In this document: piece after piece, positions 34,897 through 43,350 of the stretch
How the letters are laid out: each line of letters starts with the position of its first letter
How positions within the stretch are numbered: position 1 is the first letter of the stretch
Virus record (IMG/VR): IMGVR_UViG_3300045988_110999
Source of the DNA: a virus
Length of the DNA stretch: 64,000 nt
Direction: 5' to 3' (one strand)
Program-made: the position numbers and the translations under genes
The notes under the pieces: generated by a model
Seen by the model: the letters and a program-made list of their open reading frames with translations, nothing else
The model's database searches: none
Told to the model about the DNA's origin: nothing

Positions 34897-37353
34897 TTAC
34901 ATAGAACCGGCCAACGGGATTTCGTCTGTGACGACCTTCTCGTAAGAAGCGACCGGAGCAAAATAAATCTGGTCCTGATAGGCAAGTGCGTCAATCAGGT
35001 CATCATGCAAGGACTTCGGGAAAGCAAGGAATTCGCTTTCCAATTCCCCAAGAAAGGACGCTCCCATCGGGAACCATACGGTGCCAGCTTTGAACCGGGG
35101 CTGTACGGCTTTGATACGCTCTTCTTTCTTTTCCTTGGCTTCCAAATCCTTGACCGTGAACCAGATATTCCTCTTTGGCATTTCCTTTTCTATGAAGTGG
35201 GATAACGCCGCTTGGTAAGCGACCTTTTCCATACCCACATAGACAGGATGGTATCGAGTGACCGCCTCGAAGATAGCGTCTATCGTCTGGGTCGGATCGA
35301 ACCTCCCATACTTTATATCCAATACGAACCAATGGTTTTCACTATTGACCCCCACAGTGCAGACTACGGTATAGTCCGCGGTTTCTTTCTGGGAAATAGC
35401 TAGGTCTACCGTAGTGAAGATGTTCATATCCTTCACATCAAGCTCTTCTTGCTTGTAGTATTTGAAGTATTCTTTCTTGAACAGCTGGGTTTCCGGGGAA
35501 ATAGCAATACACATCTTTTCCCGTTCCCATACATCCAGATTCCCGATTCGTCTAAAAGCTTCCCTTTCCGCTTTTATCTCTTCGGAGCTCCATCTTTCGG
35601 GCCATACACTGTTTCCTTCTGCGTCTAGGATAGGGATACGGACACCGGTAAACTTCAAATCTTTCTGGTTCTCTATGACTCGTTCTATCAGGCATTTTTC
35701 ACCCAGATTGTTCCCGATCATGAAGATTCTCGTCTTCTTCCCTAAGAACAATACGTCGGACAGGAACCATTCCCAGTCCCCTTCCTGTACGGTATCTGAC
35801 TTCGCATCTTCCAAGTCTTGTGGGTCGTCAATCAGGACAATAGACGGTCGGGCATCGTGAACGTTCAAACCACGGATAGCAGCCCCTTTGCCGTAAGCTT
35901 CAAAACGGACCCACATCTCTTCGTCATCTTTATCTTTTACGATGACCTCGAAACCGTTCTGGGACTGTTCTACGATACGTACCAGGTTCATGGATAGTAG
36001 CTCATTATTGAGCCATTCATCCTCAATTTCCTTTAACCGCTTACTGGCAGCTCTCTGCGTAGCCATGATAAAGACTACGTACTGCCTATCCTTGGAAGGA
36101 TATGTCAGGCAGTGCATCGGGAAGGCTCTTAGTACGACGCCGCTATTATGGGTAACGATGCAGCCAGTACCACATAAAAACAGCCCCGTAGGGCTGTCTA
36201 CCTTGATACACATGGTGGGGACGGACTCACATTTAGAGACTTTCTTGACACTCCTCATCAGAGTGCGTTTATCCTGAGTATCACAAATCAAATCCCTCTT
36301 CCTTTTTAACTGAGGGAATTTAACTGTGGTCTTGAACGACACATCATAATGTGGCTTACATTCTTTGCCGTAGAGCTTAGATGGTTTCTTTATAATAGTA
36401 GCCTTAATACCTAAGCTTCTGACTAAATATAAAGTCCCCATAGCCAATCTTTCATTGGTGTTTGTGAAAGTAACCGTCCCAGCCTTGCTACCAGCCTTGG
36501 CAATCGTACCGTCACTATCAATGAGACCGGCCAATAATTGCCACCTGTTTTCCTCGCTGTCGTAGTAATACTCTTCCGGGATGTGCTTGTCGTATATCAA
36601 CCCAAGGGATTTAAGCTCTTTCAAGAACCCTCCTTGGAACTTTATCGTCATTGCCGTTTTATCTTTGCGGCATGTCTTGGTTCCCCAGTCGATGTTCAGG
36701 AATGTCTCTTCAAAATCTTCCCCACCGCAAGTGATTTCGGCTGCTTTTGAATGACCATCTCCAAGCCATAACCCCAAATCATACGGAGAAATGATATGTT
36801 CTTTCCGAGGGTATTGTAAGGGCATAGCTAATGGTATACGGTATGCCTTTTCTTGATATCCTTTTTTAGGTTTTCCCAAATCCTGCTTTGCGTACATCTC
36901 CAGTGTGGTTACGATATTCCATCTACGTTTGTGCTTGTCCCATACGCTCCACAGATGTTCTGCATCAGCAGTGATTTCCTCCCCGTCGTCAAATTCGACT
37001 TTGAAGCAAGGATGATCGTAAAAAATCTCGGAGGTGCTACCAACTAACACTGGGTTCCCATTCTCATCAAATACGTAGTCCCCCGGCTTGATTTCCCCCA
37101 TCAGCTTATATCCACTAGGGGTCGGGATAGGGGTGAAAATCGAGATTGCTTTTCCTGACTCACGAAAGCCCTCTACAGCGTAGTGGTGCTTGCCTTTTAA
37201 CAGTATCTTTCCCCATTCCTCTTGGAATGAAGGGGTCTTTACTTCATCTTCGACGGGGAGGAATACTCTTCTGAATAACATAAGGTCATCTTTGGCGTCA
37301 CGGAACAGCTTCGCCATCATTACTTTCTTGTCCATATCTCTCTCCCCTTTCAT
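34897..37353 (-). CDS. terL: Terminase large subunit, interrupted by an intein
   Basis: Extein motifs are Walker A GFRESGK|S (split by the intein), Walker B SIVLIDDPQD, and nuclease-domain TTVDLAISQKETADYT and DDLIDALAY. Without the 335-aa insert the protein is 483 aa. Confidence 0.85.
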   Translation of the reverse strand: MKGERDMDKKVMMAKLFRDAKDDLMLFRRVFLPVEDEVKTPSFQEEWGKILLKGKHHYAVEGFRESGKAISIFTPIPTPSGYKLMGEIKPGDYVFDENGNPVLVGSTSEIFYDHPCFKVEFDDGEEITADAEHLWSVWDKHKRRWNIVTTLEMYAKQDLGKPKKGYQEKAYRIPLAMPLQYPRKEHIISPYDLGLWLGDGHSKAAEITCGGEDFEETFLNIDWGTKTCRKDKTAMTIKFQGGFLKELKSLGLIYDKHIPEEYYYDSEENRWQLLAGLIDSDGTIAKAGSKAGTVTFTNTNERLAMGTLYLVRSLGIKATIIKKPSKLYGKECKPHYDVSFKTTVKFPQLKRKRDLICDTQDKRTLMRSVKKVSKCESVPTMCIKVDSPTGLFLCGTGCIVTHNSGVVLRAFPMHCLTYPSKDRQYVVFIMATQRAASKRLKEIEDEWLNNELLSMNLVRIVEQSQNGFEVIVKDKDDEEMWVRFEAYGKGAAIRGLNVHDARPSIVLIDDPQDLEDAKSDTVQEGDWEWFLSDVLFLGKKTRIFMIGNNLGEKCLIERVIENQKDLKFTGVRIPILDAEGNSVWPERWSSEEIKAEREAFRRIGNLDVWEREKMCIAISPETQLFKKEYFKYYKQEELDVKDMNIFTTVDLAISQKETADYTVVCTVGVNSENHWFVLDIKYGRFDPTQTIDAIFEAVTRYHPVYVGMEKVAYQAALSHFIEKEMPKRNIWFTVKDLEAKEKKEERIKAVQPRFKAGTVWFPMGASFLGELESEFLAFPKSLHDDLIDALAYQDQIYFAPVASYEKVVTDEIPLAGSM
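36145..37149 (-). mobile_element. Class-3-type intein with a LAGLIDADG homing endonuclease, inserted in the terL P-loop
   Basis: aa 69-403. It starts with Ala directly after GK. Block B is ADAEHLW (Trp at B12). LAGLIDADG motifs are LGLWLGDGHS and LLAGLIDSDGTI. Block F is VPTMCIKV (Cys at F4). Block G is CIVTHN followed by Ser+1 (Thr at G5). Confidence 0.8.
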
Positions 37354-37474
37354 CCTATTCGGTTTCGTTTCTTCATTTGCTTTTCTACCTTTGTCAAATT
37401 GTCAAAATACCTCTTGATTTTTCAAAATTTTTTTCGTTTTCCTATTTTACGGTTATAGTACCCCCTTTTATTTT

Positions 37475-37503
37475 TTATTAATACTCACTTATATGAATAA
37501 ATC
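37475..37503 (+). promoter_or_regulatory. Plus-oriented member of the ATACTCACTT promoter family (weak hexamers)
   Basis: TTATTA-atactcacttatatgaa(17)-TAAATC. It has the same spacer motif and geometry as the strong promoters at 62583-62611 and 57457-57485. Confidence 0.4.
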
Positions 37504-37509
37504 TATCAT

Positions 37510-38340
37510 ACAAAGCCGTATTTGAACCATTAAAAGCGAATAAAACTAACAAAAAGGTCAAAAAAATGACGTACAAGAGAGGGGTAACTTCCCTAATTTC
37601 CGCCCGGCCAGCCAAGTACCCGAAAAAGCGAAGCCCCACCCTCTAGATCTATGTACACTGCACGAGAACCATTAGAATCCGTGGGAAAGGCCAGACGATG
37701 CCGATAAATGGCTCAACCATGCGGTTTTAAGGCCATCCAACGGCTATGCTATGATACAGTTGTCCCAAGGGAAAGGGCCAAGGGGAAAGCTCATAAGTGA
37801 GTCGATTACTCGGGTTCTAACCTTAGACCCCTAGCACGGGTCGCGGGACATCAGAACTTTGACAACTGCATATAGTAGGGCCGTGCGGCACGGCCGCCCC
37901 CTATAGTCCTCATTAGAAGGACGATAAGGAAGTCGATTGAGGGGACGACGACAGTGCCGCACGGTAGCACGAGGCAAGGGCCTATTGGCAAGGCCCGATA
38001 TGCCCGATAAAAACGGGCCAGCCTTAATTGCTCTGCCTAGGAACACCTCGAAAATGATATTGAGAGGTGGGCATGTGGCGACGTCGATGTACAGGCGGAC
38101 GTGAAGAGCGTCCACGTAATGCCGGTGTGAAGACGAGAAGCGGCCTAAAGCCCTACCCTAGCCGGTAGGTGCTTCACAAGGTGGTTAGAGCGGTTAAAAT
38201 CCTCCGCACCCATATGGGGAAAGAGGCAATACGTGCGTACCTGCTATGGGACGAAAATCCCATGACGTGAATCCTTGAATCGGCTGAAACAATGCCGATT
38301 CCTATAACGTCGAAAAGGGGCTTTCAGGCCCCTATACAAG
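37510..38340 (+). ncRNA. Candidate large structured ncRNA or very long structured leader (family unassigned; strand inferred)
   Basis: About 830 nt, visibly more GC-rich than its flanks, with no credible ORF. It has dense perfect hairpins: 37879-37895, 37978-37996, 38002-38018, 38097-38113, 38152-38169, 38246-38263, 38277-38301 and 38316-38333. Loops are A-rich on the plus strand, and there is an 11-nt long-range complement (37881-37891 vs 37954-37964). Confidence 0.5.
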
Positions 38341-38392
38341 GGAAGGAAGTTAGTTTTTACCCTCTAAAGGGGATTGCATGGAGGTATGCTGC

Positions 38393-38662
38393 ATGTACAA
38401 ATTGGTTAAAAAGTTCAAGAGTATTAGTGGAGAAATCCACATCAAAGAAAAGACTTATGAAGTTAATCGCAAGACCATTCTAAAAGTCGTCCGACAGGCG
38501 GCTAAAAAATACCGCCGTGATGAGGGCTGGGAAAATCTCCTGGCCGTTCCTAGGAAACAAGGGCGTGCTAAGGTATCGGGCCATTGTGAAATGAACCGCA
38601 CCTATATTGCTCGTCAATGCGCCGGTATCGGGCGCATTGATATCTATGTAGTAGAGTTATAA
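38393..38662 (+). CDS. Hypothetical early protein
   Basis: ATG at 38393, 8 nt after GGAGG. 89 aa, basic. Confidence 0.55.
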   Translation: MYKLVKKFKSISGEIHIKEKTYEVNRKTILKVVRQAAKKYRRDEGWENLLAVPRKQGRAKVSGHCEMNRTYIARQCAGIGRIDIYVVEL

Positions 38663-38734
38663 TTTATTCAACTTCCTTCCTTTATATAAGGGCCTGAATA
38701 TCCCTATAGGGGGATTGAAGACTAGAATGTTCAA

Positions 38735-38750
38735 CATTTCCCCGCTCACG
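38735..38750 (+). promoter_or_regulatory. Conserved leader element CATTTCCCCGCTCACG (copy 1)
   Basis: Repeated at 39112-39128. Both copies are followed about 30 nt later by AGAAAGAAGGTATAT(T/C)ATG. Confidence 0.35.
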
Positions 38751-38780
38751 GTTTTGATTTTCAAAGAAAGAAGGTATATT

Positions 38781-39053
38781 ATGCTTACGTCAAAGAACAA
38801 CTATAAAATTCCCGGTGTTATGATCCAAGGTCTTATCTTGCGTCAAATGCGCATGGCGGCCCTTGATACTCGTGAATGGTATAAAGCCATGAATAACGGA
38901 GACGAAAACGGGGATTATACATACTGTAAGTTAAAGAACTATGAACAAGCTGAAATATGGCCTTTGTTAGAGGTTCAAGGTATTGAAAGAGACTCTAAAG
39001 AGTTTGATATGGTTATGGAATATATCGTCGACATGATTGAATACATGGACTAA
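38781..39053 (+). CDS. Hypothetical early protein
   Basis: ATG at 38781 after GAAGG. 90 aa. Confidence 0.55.
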   Translation: MLTSKNNYKIPGVMIQGLILRQMRMAALDTREWYKAMNNGDENGDYTYCKLKNYEQAEIWPLLEVQGIERDSKEFDMVMEYIVDMIEYMD

Positions 39054-39111
39054 GTGTTTGTTTTGTCCTACTCCATGACATTAAACTGGAGTCCATAATT
39101 GGAACGTGTAG

Positions 39112-39128
39112 CATTTCCCCCGCTCACG
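39112..39128 (+). promoter_or_regulatory. Conserved leader element CATTTCCCCCGCTCACG (copy 2)
   Basis: See 38735-38750. Here it is embedded in the inverted repeat GAACGTG...CACGTTC. Confidence 0.35.
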
Positions 39129-39166
39129 TTCTTTTATTTTGGGGAATTTTAGAAAGAAGGTATATC

Positions 39167-39487
39167 ATGGCTAAAGTCGGACAAGAAATTAATGTCAGCA
39201 CGGTACAGACTATCAACCGTTCTAAGGGGACGTTCTCCGCTATGTCGGGGATTACTGTACATGATGAGGGCGGCTTCCATAACTTTTATTTAGGGGTCTA
39301 TGGTTCGTTGAAAAACGGGTACGTAAACCTTAACGATTGTGGTACTATGTACTGCCTAAATCGTTCTAGGGGACATATTATGGCCTTATTAGACCTGTTG
39401 GGACACACATCCTATAGGGTTATTAAGAGTGAGAAGGAAGTTAATGAGTTTATCGACTTTCTCGTAAACTTCCGGCATGACTTCTAA
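39167..39487 (+). CDS. Hypothetical early protein
   Basis: 106-aa ORF with the same SD context as the previous gene. Confidence 0.6.
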   Translation: MAKVGQEINVSTVQTINRSKGTFSAMSGITVHDEGGFHNFYLGVYGSLKNGYVNLNDCGTMYCLNRSRGHIMALLDLLGHTSYRVIKSEKEVNEFIDFLVNFRHDF

Positions 39488-39587
39488 ATGTTTGTGGTTT
39501 GGTCACGGCCACGTAAAAAGTAGCGCGACTGCCAGCGGAAACGTCAAAGACGTTTAGCGATGTATAAGAACTTTGTTCTTCACATAT

Positions 39588-39616
39588 GACCTAACTTATC
39601 TGTTAGGTCTTTTTTT
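39588..39616 (+). terminator. Intrinsic terminator
   Basis: GACCTAAC-ttatctg-TTAGGTC followed by TTTTTTT. Confidence 0.7.
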
Positions 39617-39640
39617 AGTGCAAGAAAAGAGGTGTATACC

Positions 39641-39907
39641 ATGCGTAAAGAAAGGTATATCATTGACGGGATTACCTATACCCGTGTTACAAAAGCGACC
39701 GCAAGGAAGCTTTTCGACGATGGGGAATGTGTTGGCATTTGCCCCGTCAAGATTGACCCGTCTTCTATTTGGGGCGGCATGGCTGAATTTCAGAAAGGCC
39801 ATAAATGCGAAAATTGGTCTTTCGACGATTTTGTAAACTGCTTCATTTATTACAACTGTCAGCTAAACGAAACTGGCAAGTATCCGAAATTCTTTAGAAA
39901 GGGGTGA
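39641..39907 (+). CDS. Hypothetical protein
   Basis: ATG at 39641 after AAGAGG. 88 aa. Confidence 0.55.
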   Translation: MRKERYIIDGITYTRVTKATARKLFDDGECVGICPVKIDPSSIWGGMAEFQKGHKCENWSFDDFVNCFIYYNCQLNETGKYPKFFRKG

Positions 39908-39911
39908 TTGT

Positions 39912-40028
39912 ATGCCTTACAAAGACTGGGAAGAGGATAAAAAGTTTCTCAAGGAAGCGTTACCTGTTATCCTCGCTATTCCTCTCATCTATATTATTCT
40001 CGTAATTCTGTTTTCATTCGCTGATTAG
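39912..40028 (+). CDS. Small (38 aa) single-TM protein
   Basis: ATG at 39912 after AGGGGTGA. The translation is MPYKDWEEDKKFLKEALPVILAIPLIYIILVILFSFAD. It falls below the ORF-track cut-off. Confidence 0.45.
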   Translation: MPYKDWEEDKKFLKEALPVILAIPLIYIILVILFSFAD

Positions 40029-40041
40029 GTGGTGATCCAGG

Positions 40042-40269
40042 ATGAGGATATTGTTTAAAAAGGCAAATACGCTCTATTGGCGTAAATGCCTCAGACTTAC
40101 AAGAGAATTAAGAGTCCATGGTTTGGTTGCCGAAAACAAAGGCAACCATTTTTTAGTGCGGAGAATTAACGGCGGCCATGAAGTAAAATTCTTGACTGCC
40201 GAAAAACTTTACAGATATCTTCTGAGCCGTTCTAAGAATTTCGATGAACTGACTTATCATTTAATGTAA
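40042..40269 (+). CDS. Hypothetical basic protein
   Basis: 75-aa ORF with SD GGTGGTGA. Confidence 0.5.
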   Translation: MRILFKKANTLYWRKCLRLTRELRVHGLVAENKGNHFLVRRINGGHEVKFLTAEKLYRYLLSRSKNFDELTYHLM

Positions 40270-40289
40270 TTTGAAAGGGGTTCTGCTTT

Positions 40290-41597
40290 ATGGGTAAACG
40301 TATTATTTGCATCGACAGTAAGGACAATAAGGTATGTTTCTATGATAAGAACGACAATCTTTTTGTTCTGGATATTGGCAACGAAATGCTTATGGGAAAG
40401 ACTTTCCCCTGCCCTCATTGTGGGAAAGAACACGAGGTAAAGGATTTTGTACAGATCGGGGATGAGCTACTATGCTCTGATTGCTATGACCCTAGCTTCT
40501 ATGATAAATGCTCAGAATGTGGGGAATACTTTAAGAAGGATGAGCTGTTTGACATAGACGGTAAACGGCTCTGCAAGTCCTGTTTCAACAATAATTATTT
40601 TACCTGTGATAATTGCGGAGCGGTTTATCCAAAATCAGAAGCCGTCTATGTTGGATATGACAGATTTTGCCAGGATTGTGTCGACCAGCTTCTAGACGAA
40701 GGAGAACTCATCCAGTGCGTCTGCTGTGATGAAATCTTGCGGGCTGAGGATGCTTATGAGCTGGATGGAAATTTCTACTGCTCGTCCTGCTATGACCAGG
40801 AACGTGAAGAAGAATATGGAGACTCCATCGTAGGATACCACTGTAACCGTCCATTCCGGTTCAAGAGTTTGGCCAGCGATGTAGATTACCCGAAAAAAGG
40901 TAATCTTTACCTAGGTTTAGAACATGAACTGTCTAACGCCGGGGAAGATAACTACAAGCTGGCAAAAGAGCTTGTAGATGATTATGACCGTGTTTGCGAA
41001 CACGACTCGTCAATCAGTGATGGGTTTGAAGTCATCTCAGACGCATTGACATTTGATTATTGGAGAAAGAAGGAAGATTTGCAGGCTTATATGAATACCA
41101 TTAACAGATTGTCGGATTTCGATCCGGACGACTCTAGCGGTATCCATGTCCATATTTCTAGAGGCCCTCTCTCCGACAATGCTGTCATTGAAATGGCGTG
41201 GTTCGTCATGCAACATTACGACGACTGCATTAAATTTGGTCGTCGCGACCCCGACGAATGTGAGTATTGTGAACGGGTCACGAGAGGCGACAAGGAAGAC
41301 TTATGGGATTATGCTACGGGTCATGGTGTAGCCGTCAACCTCGAACATGAATCGAACCTCGAATTGCGGTTCTTTAAGACGACCGACGATGTCGACCACA
41401 TGTGGGCCATCTTAGAATTTAGCTACGCATTGGCTATGGTAGCGAAAGGGGGTGTCATTGATATTGAATGGGCGGATATCCGTAAATTCTGTGAAGAAGA
41501 TGGGAAAGAAGAACATTTCCTCGCCGAATTGAACGAAGGATTCGATTGCGAAGAGAATGAGGATTATGAATATAACCTCACCGAATACTTTGCTTGA
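40290..41597 (+). CDS. Repeated CxxC zinc-ribbon N-terminal region fused to an amidoligase-like (COOH-NH2 ligase) C-terminal domain
   Basis: Six or more CxxC...CxxC units (CPHCGKEH..CSDCYD..CSECGEYF..CKSCFN..CDNCGAVY..CQDCVD..CVCCDE..CSSCYD) are followed by LYLGLEHELSN...CEHDSSISDGFEVISD...SGIHVHISR...LELRFFK. I recognise the latter as the putative amidoligase fold pattern. Confidence 0.55.
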   Translation: MGKRIICIDSKDNKVCFYDKNDNLFVLDIGNEMLMGKTFPCPHCGKEHEVKDFVQIGDELLCSDCYDPSFYDKCSECGEYFKKDELFDIDGKRLCKSCFNNNYFTCDNCGAVYPKSEAVYVGYDRFCQDCVDQLLDEGELIQCVCCDEILRAEDAYELDGNFYCSSCYDQEREEEYGDSIVGYHCNRPFRFKSLASDVDYPKKGNLYLGLEHELSNAGEDNYKLAKELVDDYDRVCEHDSSISDGFEVISDALTFDYWRKKEDLQAYMNTINRLSDFDPDDSSGIHVHISRGPLSDNAVIEMAWFVMQHYDDCIKFGRRDPDECEYCERVTRGDKEDLWDYATGHGVAVNLEHESNLELRFFKTTDDVDHMWAILEFSYALAMVAKGGVIDIEWADIRKFCEEDGKEEHFLAELNEGFDCEENEDYEYNLTEYFA

Positions 41598-41650
41598 TTT
41601 TTAACCAAAATTACTTACTTTACATTGTCTTTATTACAGGAGGTATATAT

Positions 41651-42541
41651 ATGTGTGTTATCGCTGTCTATGAAAAAGGTTTGGTTTTGAACGAAAATGA
41701 ATTAAAGAACTGCTTTACAGGCAATTCCAACGGGGCTGGACTCATGTATCAGAAAGACGGCAAAGTCCATATTGAAAAAGGCTTCATGAAATGGGATACA
41801 TTCTGGGAGGCGGCTAAACATCTCCCCTCTGATGTAGATAGGGTCTTTCATTTCCGGATTGCTACTAGTGGTAAAATCAGTGCCGCTTGTTGTCATCCCT
41901 TCCCTATCTGTGATGACTATAAGAAAATGAGCTTGGCTAGTTGTGATACCCCCATGGGATTCGCCCATAACGGGGTTCTTGGCGATTTCGAGCCGAAGAA
42001 AGGAATGAAGTCCACTTATTCAGATTCTATGAAGTTCGGTAAAGAAGTCCTGTTCCATTTAGGTAATCTCTTAAATGAACGTAGTGTACGGGATTTGATT
42101 GAATTGTACACAACTTCCCGGTTTGCCATTATGACTCCCAAGAATACCTATATGATTGGCTCATGGGAACAGTCAAGAGAGTCGGGAGCGTTTTATAGTA
42201 ACACGTCCTATGAAGGATACCGTTATTTAAATTGTTTCGACGATTCGTTCGTCAGAAGTTATTATTCCGACTTTGTTTATGGTGGATATACACAAGATGA
42301 TTATACGGAAGGTATTCTCATTGAAAGATTCCCAAACAACGAAAAAATAGAAAATGAAATTGCCGAAGCTATCGAGGAACAGTTGGGCGTGTTCATCTAC
42401 GATACCGACGACTCCAATGTAGGAAAATTCAAAGATACCACATTCTTCATTGAAAGGGAATTAGGCAAACGACTGCCAGAGAGTGGAATTATTAAAGTTG
42501 GCAAGCGTGATGTCAAATGGAGAAGAATCAGTTTAAAATAA
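41651..42541 (+). CDS. Class-II (Ntn) glutamine amidotransferase-like protein
   Basis: Start MCVIAVYEKG... places a Cys directly after the initiator Met (Ntn nucleophile). NSNGAGLMY...HFRIATSG...HPF...AHNG is the GATase-2 pattern. Strong SD AGGAGG. Confidence 0.65.
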   Translation: MCVIAVYEKGLVLNENELKNCFTGNSNGAGLMYQKDGKVHIEKGFMKWDTFWEAAKHLPSDVDRVFHFRIATSGKISAACCHPFPICDDYKKMSLASCDTPMGFAHNGVLGDFEPKKGMKSTYSDSMKFGKEVLFHLGNLLNERSVRDLIELYTTSRFAIMTPKNTYMIGSWEQSRESGAFYSNTSYEGYRYLNCFDDSFVRSYYSDFVYGGYTQDDYTEGILIERFPNNEKIENEIAEAIEEQLGVFIYDTDDSNVGKFKDTTFFIERELGKRLPESGIIKVGKRDVKWRRISLK

Positions 42542-42552
42542 TAATAAAGTTA

Positions 42553-42581
42553 AAGGGCCTGCTTAGACAGGCCCTTTTCTT
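42553..42581 (+). terminator. Hairpin/terminator after the amidotransferase gene
   Basis: AAGGGCCTG-cttaga-CAGGCCCTT followed by TTCTT (weak U-tract). Confidence 0.5.
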
Positions 42582-42606
42582 ATCCCAAAAAGAGGTGATG
42601 TTGCTT

Positions 42607-42843
42607 ATGACAAGGTTAGAGATGTATTTGACAGAAGCTACGAGGATGTATGCATTTTATCCTTTATGGGATCGTAATGACACTCCGAGTGTAATAAGAA
42701 GGTTTATCGAGGATAGAACGAGATGTTTCGACAGGCCATACCCCCTTTTATTCGATTGTCCGAAAGTTTTGTCTTGTTACGACGATTGCGAGGCTTGCTG
42801 GAATCGTTTCTTTAAGAACTTTAGTGAGGTGCCTGCCTTATGA
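42607..42843 (+). CDS. CxxCW small Cys-rich protein, paralog 1 of 5
   Basis: 78 aa, ...FDCPKVLSCYDDCEACWNRFFKNF.... SD AAGAGGTGA. Confidence 0.6.
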   Translation: MTRLEMYLTEATRMYAFYPLWDRNDTPSVIRRFIEDRTRCFDRPYPLLFDCPKVLSCYDDCEACWNRFFKNFSEVPAL

Positions 42844-43085
42844 ATGAAGAGGAAAGGATTTTAACAATAAGAGTAAGGAACGTCTGTAAAGATATGGGCG
42901 CAGATAATTTAAGTGTTTTCGCATCTGGATTGATAGAGTATGCGTTGGAACATGGTGGTACAGATACCATATCAGGACTACCTCGAATCTGTTCCGGTTC
43001 TAACTGTATCGTTGGCAAGACTTGTAAAAGATGCTGGGGAAAGGAATTCGATAAGCTACAGGAAGGTGGTGAACCATTATTATGA
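42840..43085 (+). CDS. CxxCW small Cys-rich protein, paralog 2 of 5
   Basis: 81 aa, MNEEERILTIRVRNV...ICSGSNCIVGKTCKRCWGKEFDKL. ATGA overlap with paralog 1. Confidence 0.65.
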   Translation: MNEEERILTIRVRNVCKDMGADNLSVFASGLIEYALEHGGTDTISGLPRICSGSNCIVGKTCKRCWGKEFDKLQEGGEPLL

Positions 43086-43339
43086 ACAGAGAAGAATTAG
43101 TATTGACCTTACGGATTAGATATGTAATGAGTATACGCAACGGGGCCAATATCACACTTGTCATAGATGACATGAGGAGATGTTGCGAAAAGCTTAATTA
43201 TCAGAAGGCTTATGGATTTTCCCTTTTTTGCGCATGTCCGTGCTCCTGTACTAGGAATTGTTCCTGCTCAGAATGTTGGGAAGAAGCAATAACCAAATTC
43301 CTTATCCTTAGCAGCGGAGATGTTGATATTTCTTTGTAA
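43082..43339 (+). CDS. CxxCW small Cys-rich protein, paralog 3 of 5
   Basis: 85 aa, MNREELVLTLRIRYV...FCACPCSCTRNCSCSECWEEAITKF. ATGA overlap with paralog 2. Confidence 0.65.
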   Translation: MNREELVLTLRIRYVMSIRNGANITLVIDDMRRCCEKLNYQKAYGFSLFCACPCSCTRNCSCSECWEEAITKFLILSSGDVDISL

Positions 43340-43350
43340 CGGAGGCGAAA

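Noticed and set aside
37660-38025. GGGAAAGGCCAG and GGGCCAGCCTTA resembling the RNase P RNA P4 strands
   Set aside because: The two segments are not complementary to each other as P4 requires. Other universally conserved RNase P regions are absent.
37831-38115. 94-aa minus-strand ORF inside the structured region
   Set aside because: The product is R/P/C-rich with no SD and no hydrophobic core pattern. The region is GC-rich, which suppresses stops by chance.
38140-38216. Resemblance of GGCCTAAAG...CCGGTAGGT and TATGG to the c-di-GMP-I riboswitch / 11-nt GAAA tetraloop receptor
   Set aside because: The flanking bases do not form the helix required for a receptor. No matching GAAA-capped P1 hairpin could be drawn.
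38292-38483. 63-aa ORF overlapping the first early gene
   Set aside because: It is in an alternative frame to the SD-preceded ORF starting at 38393, and it has no SD of its own.
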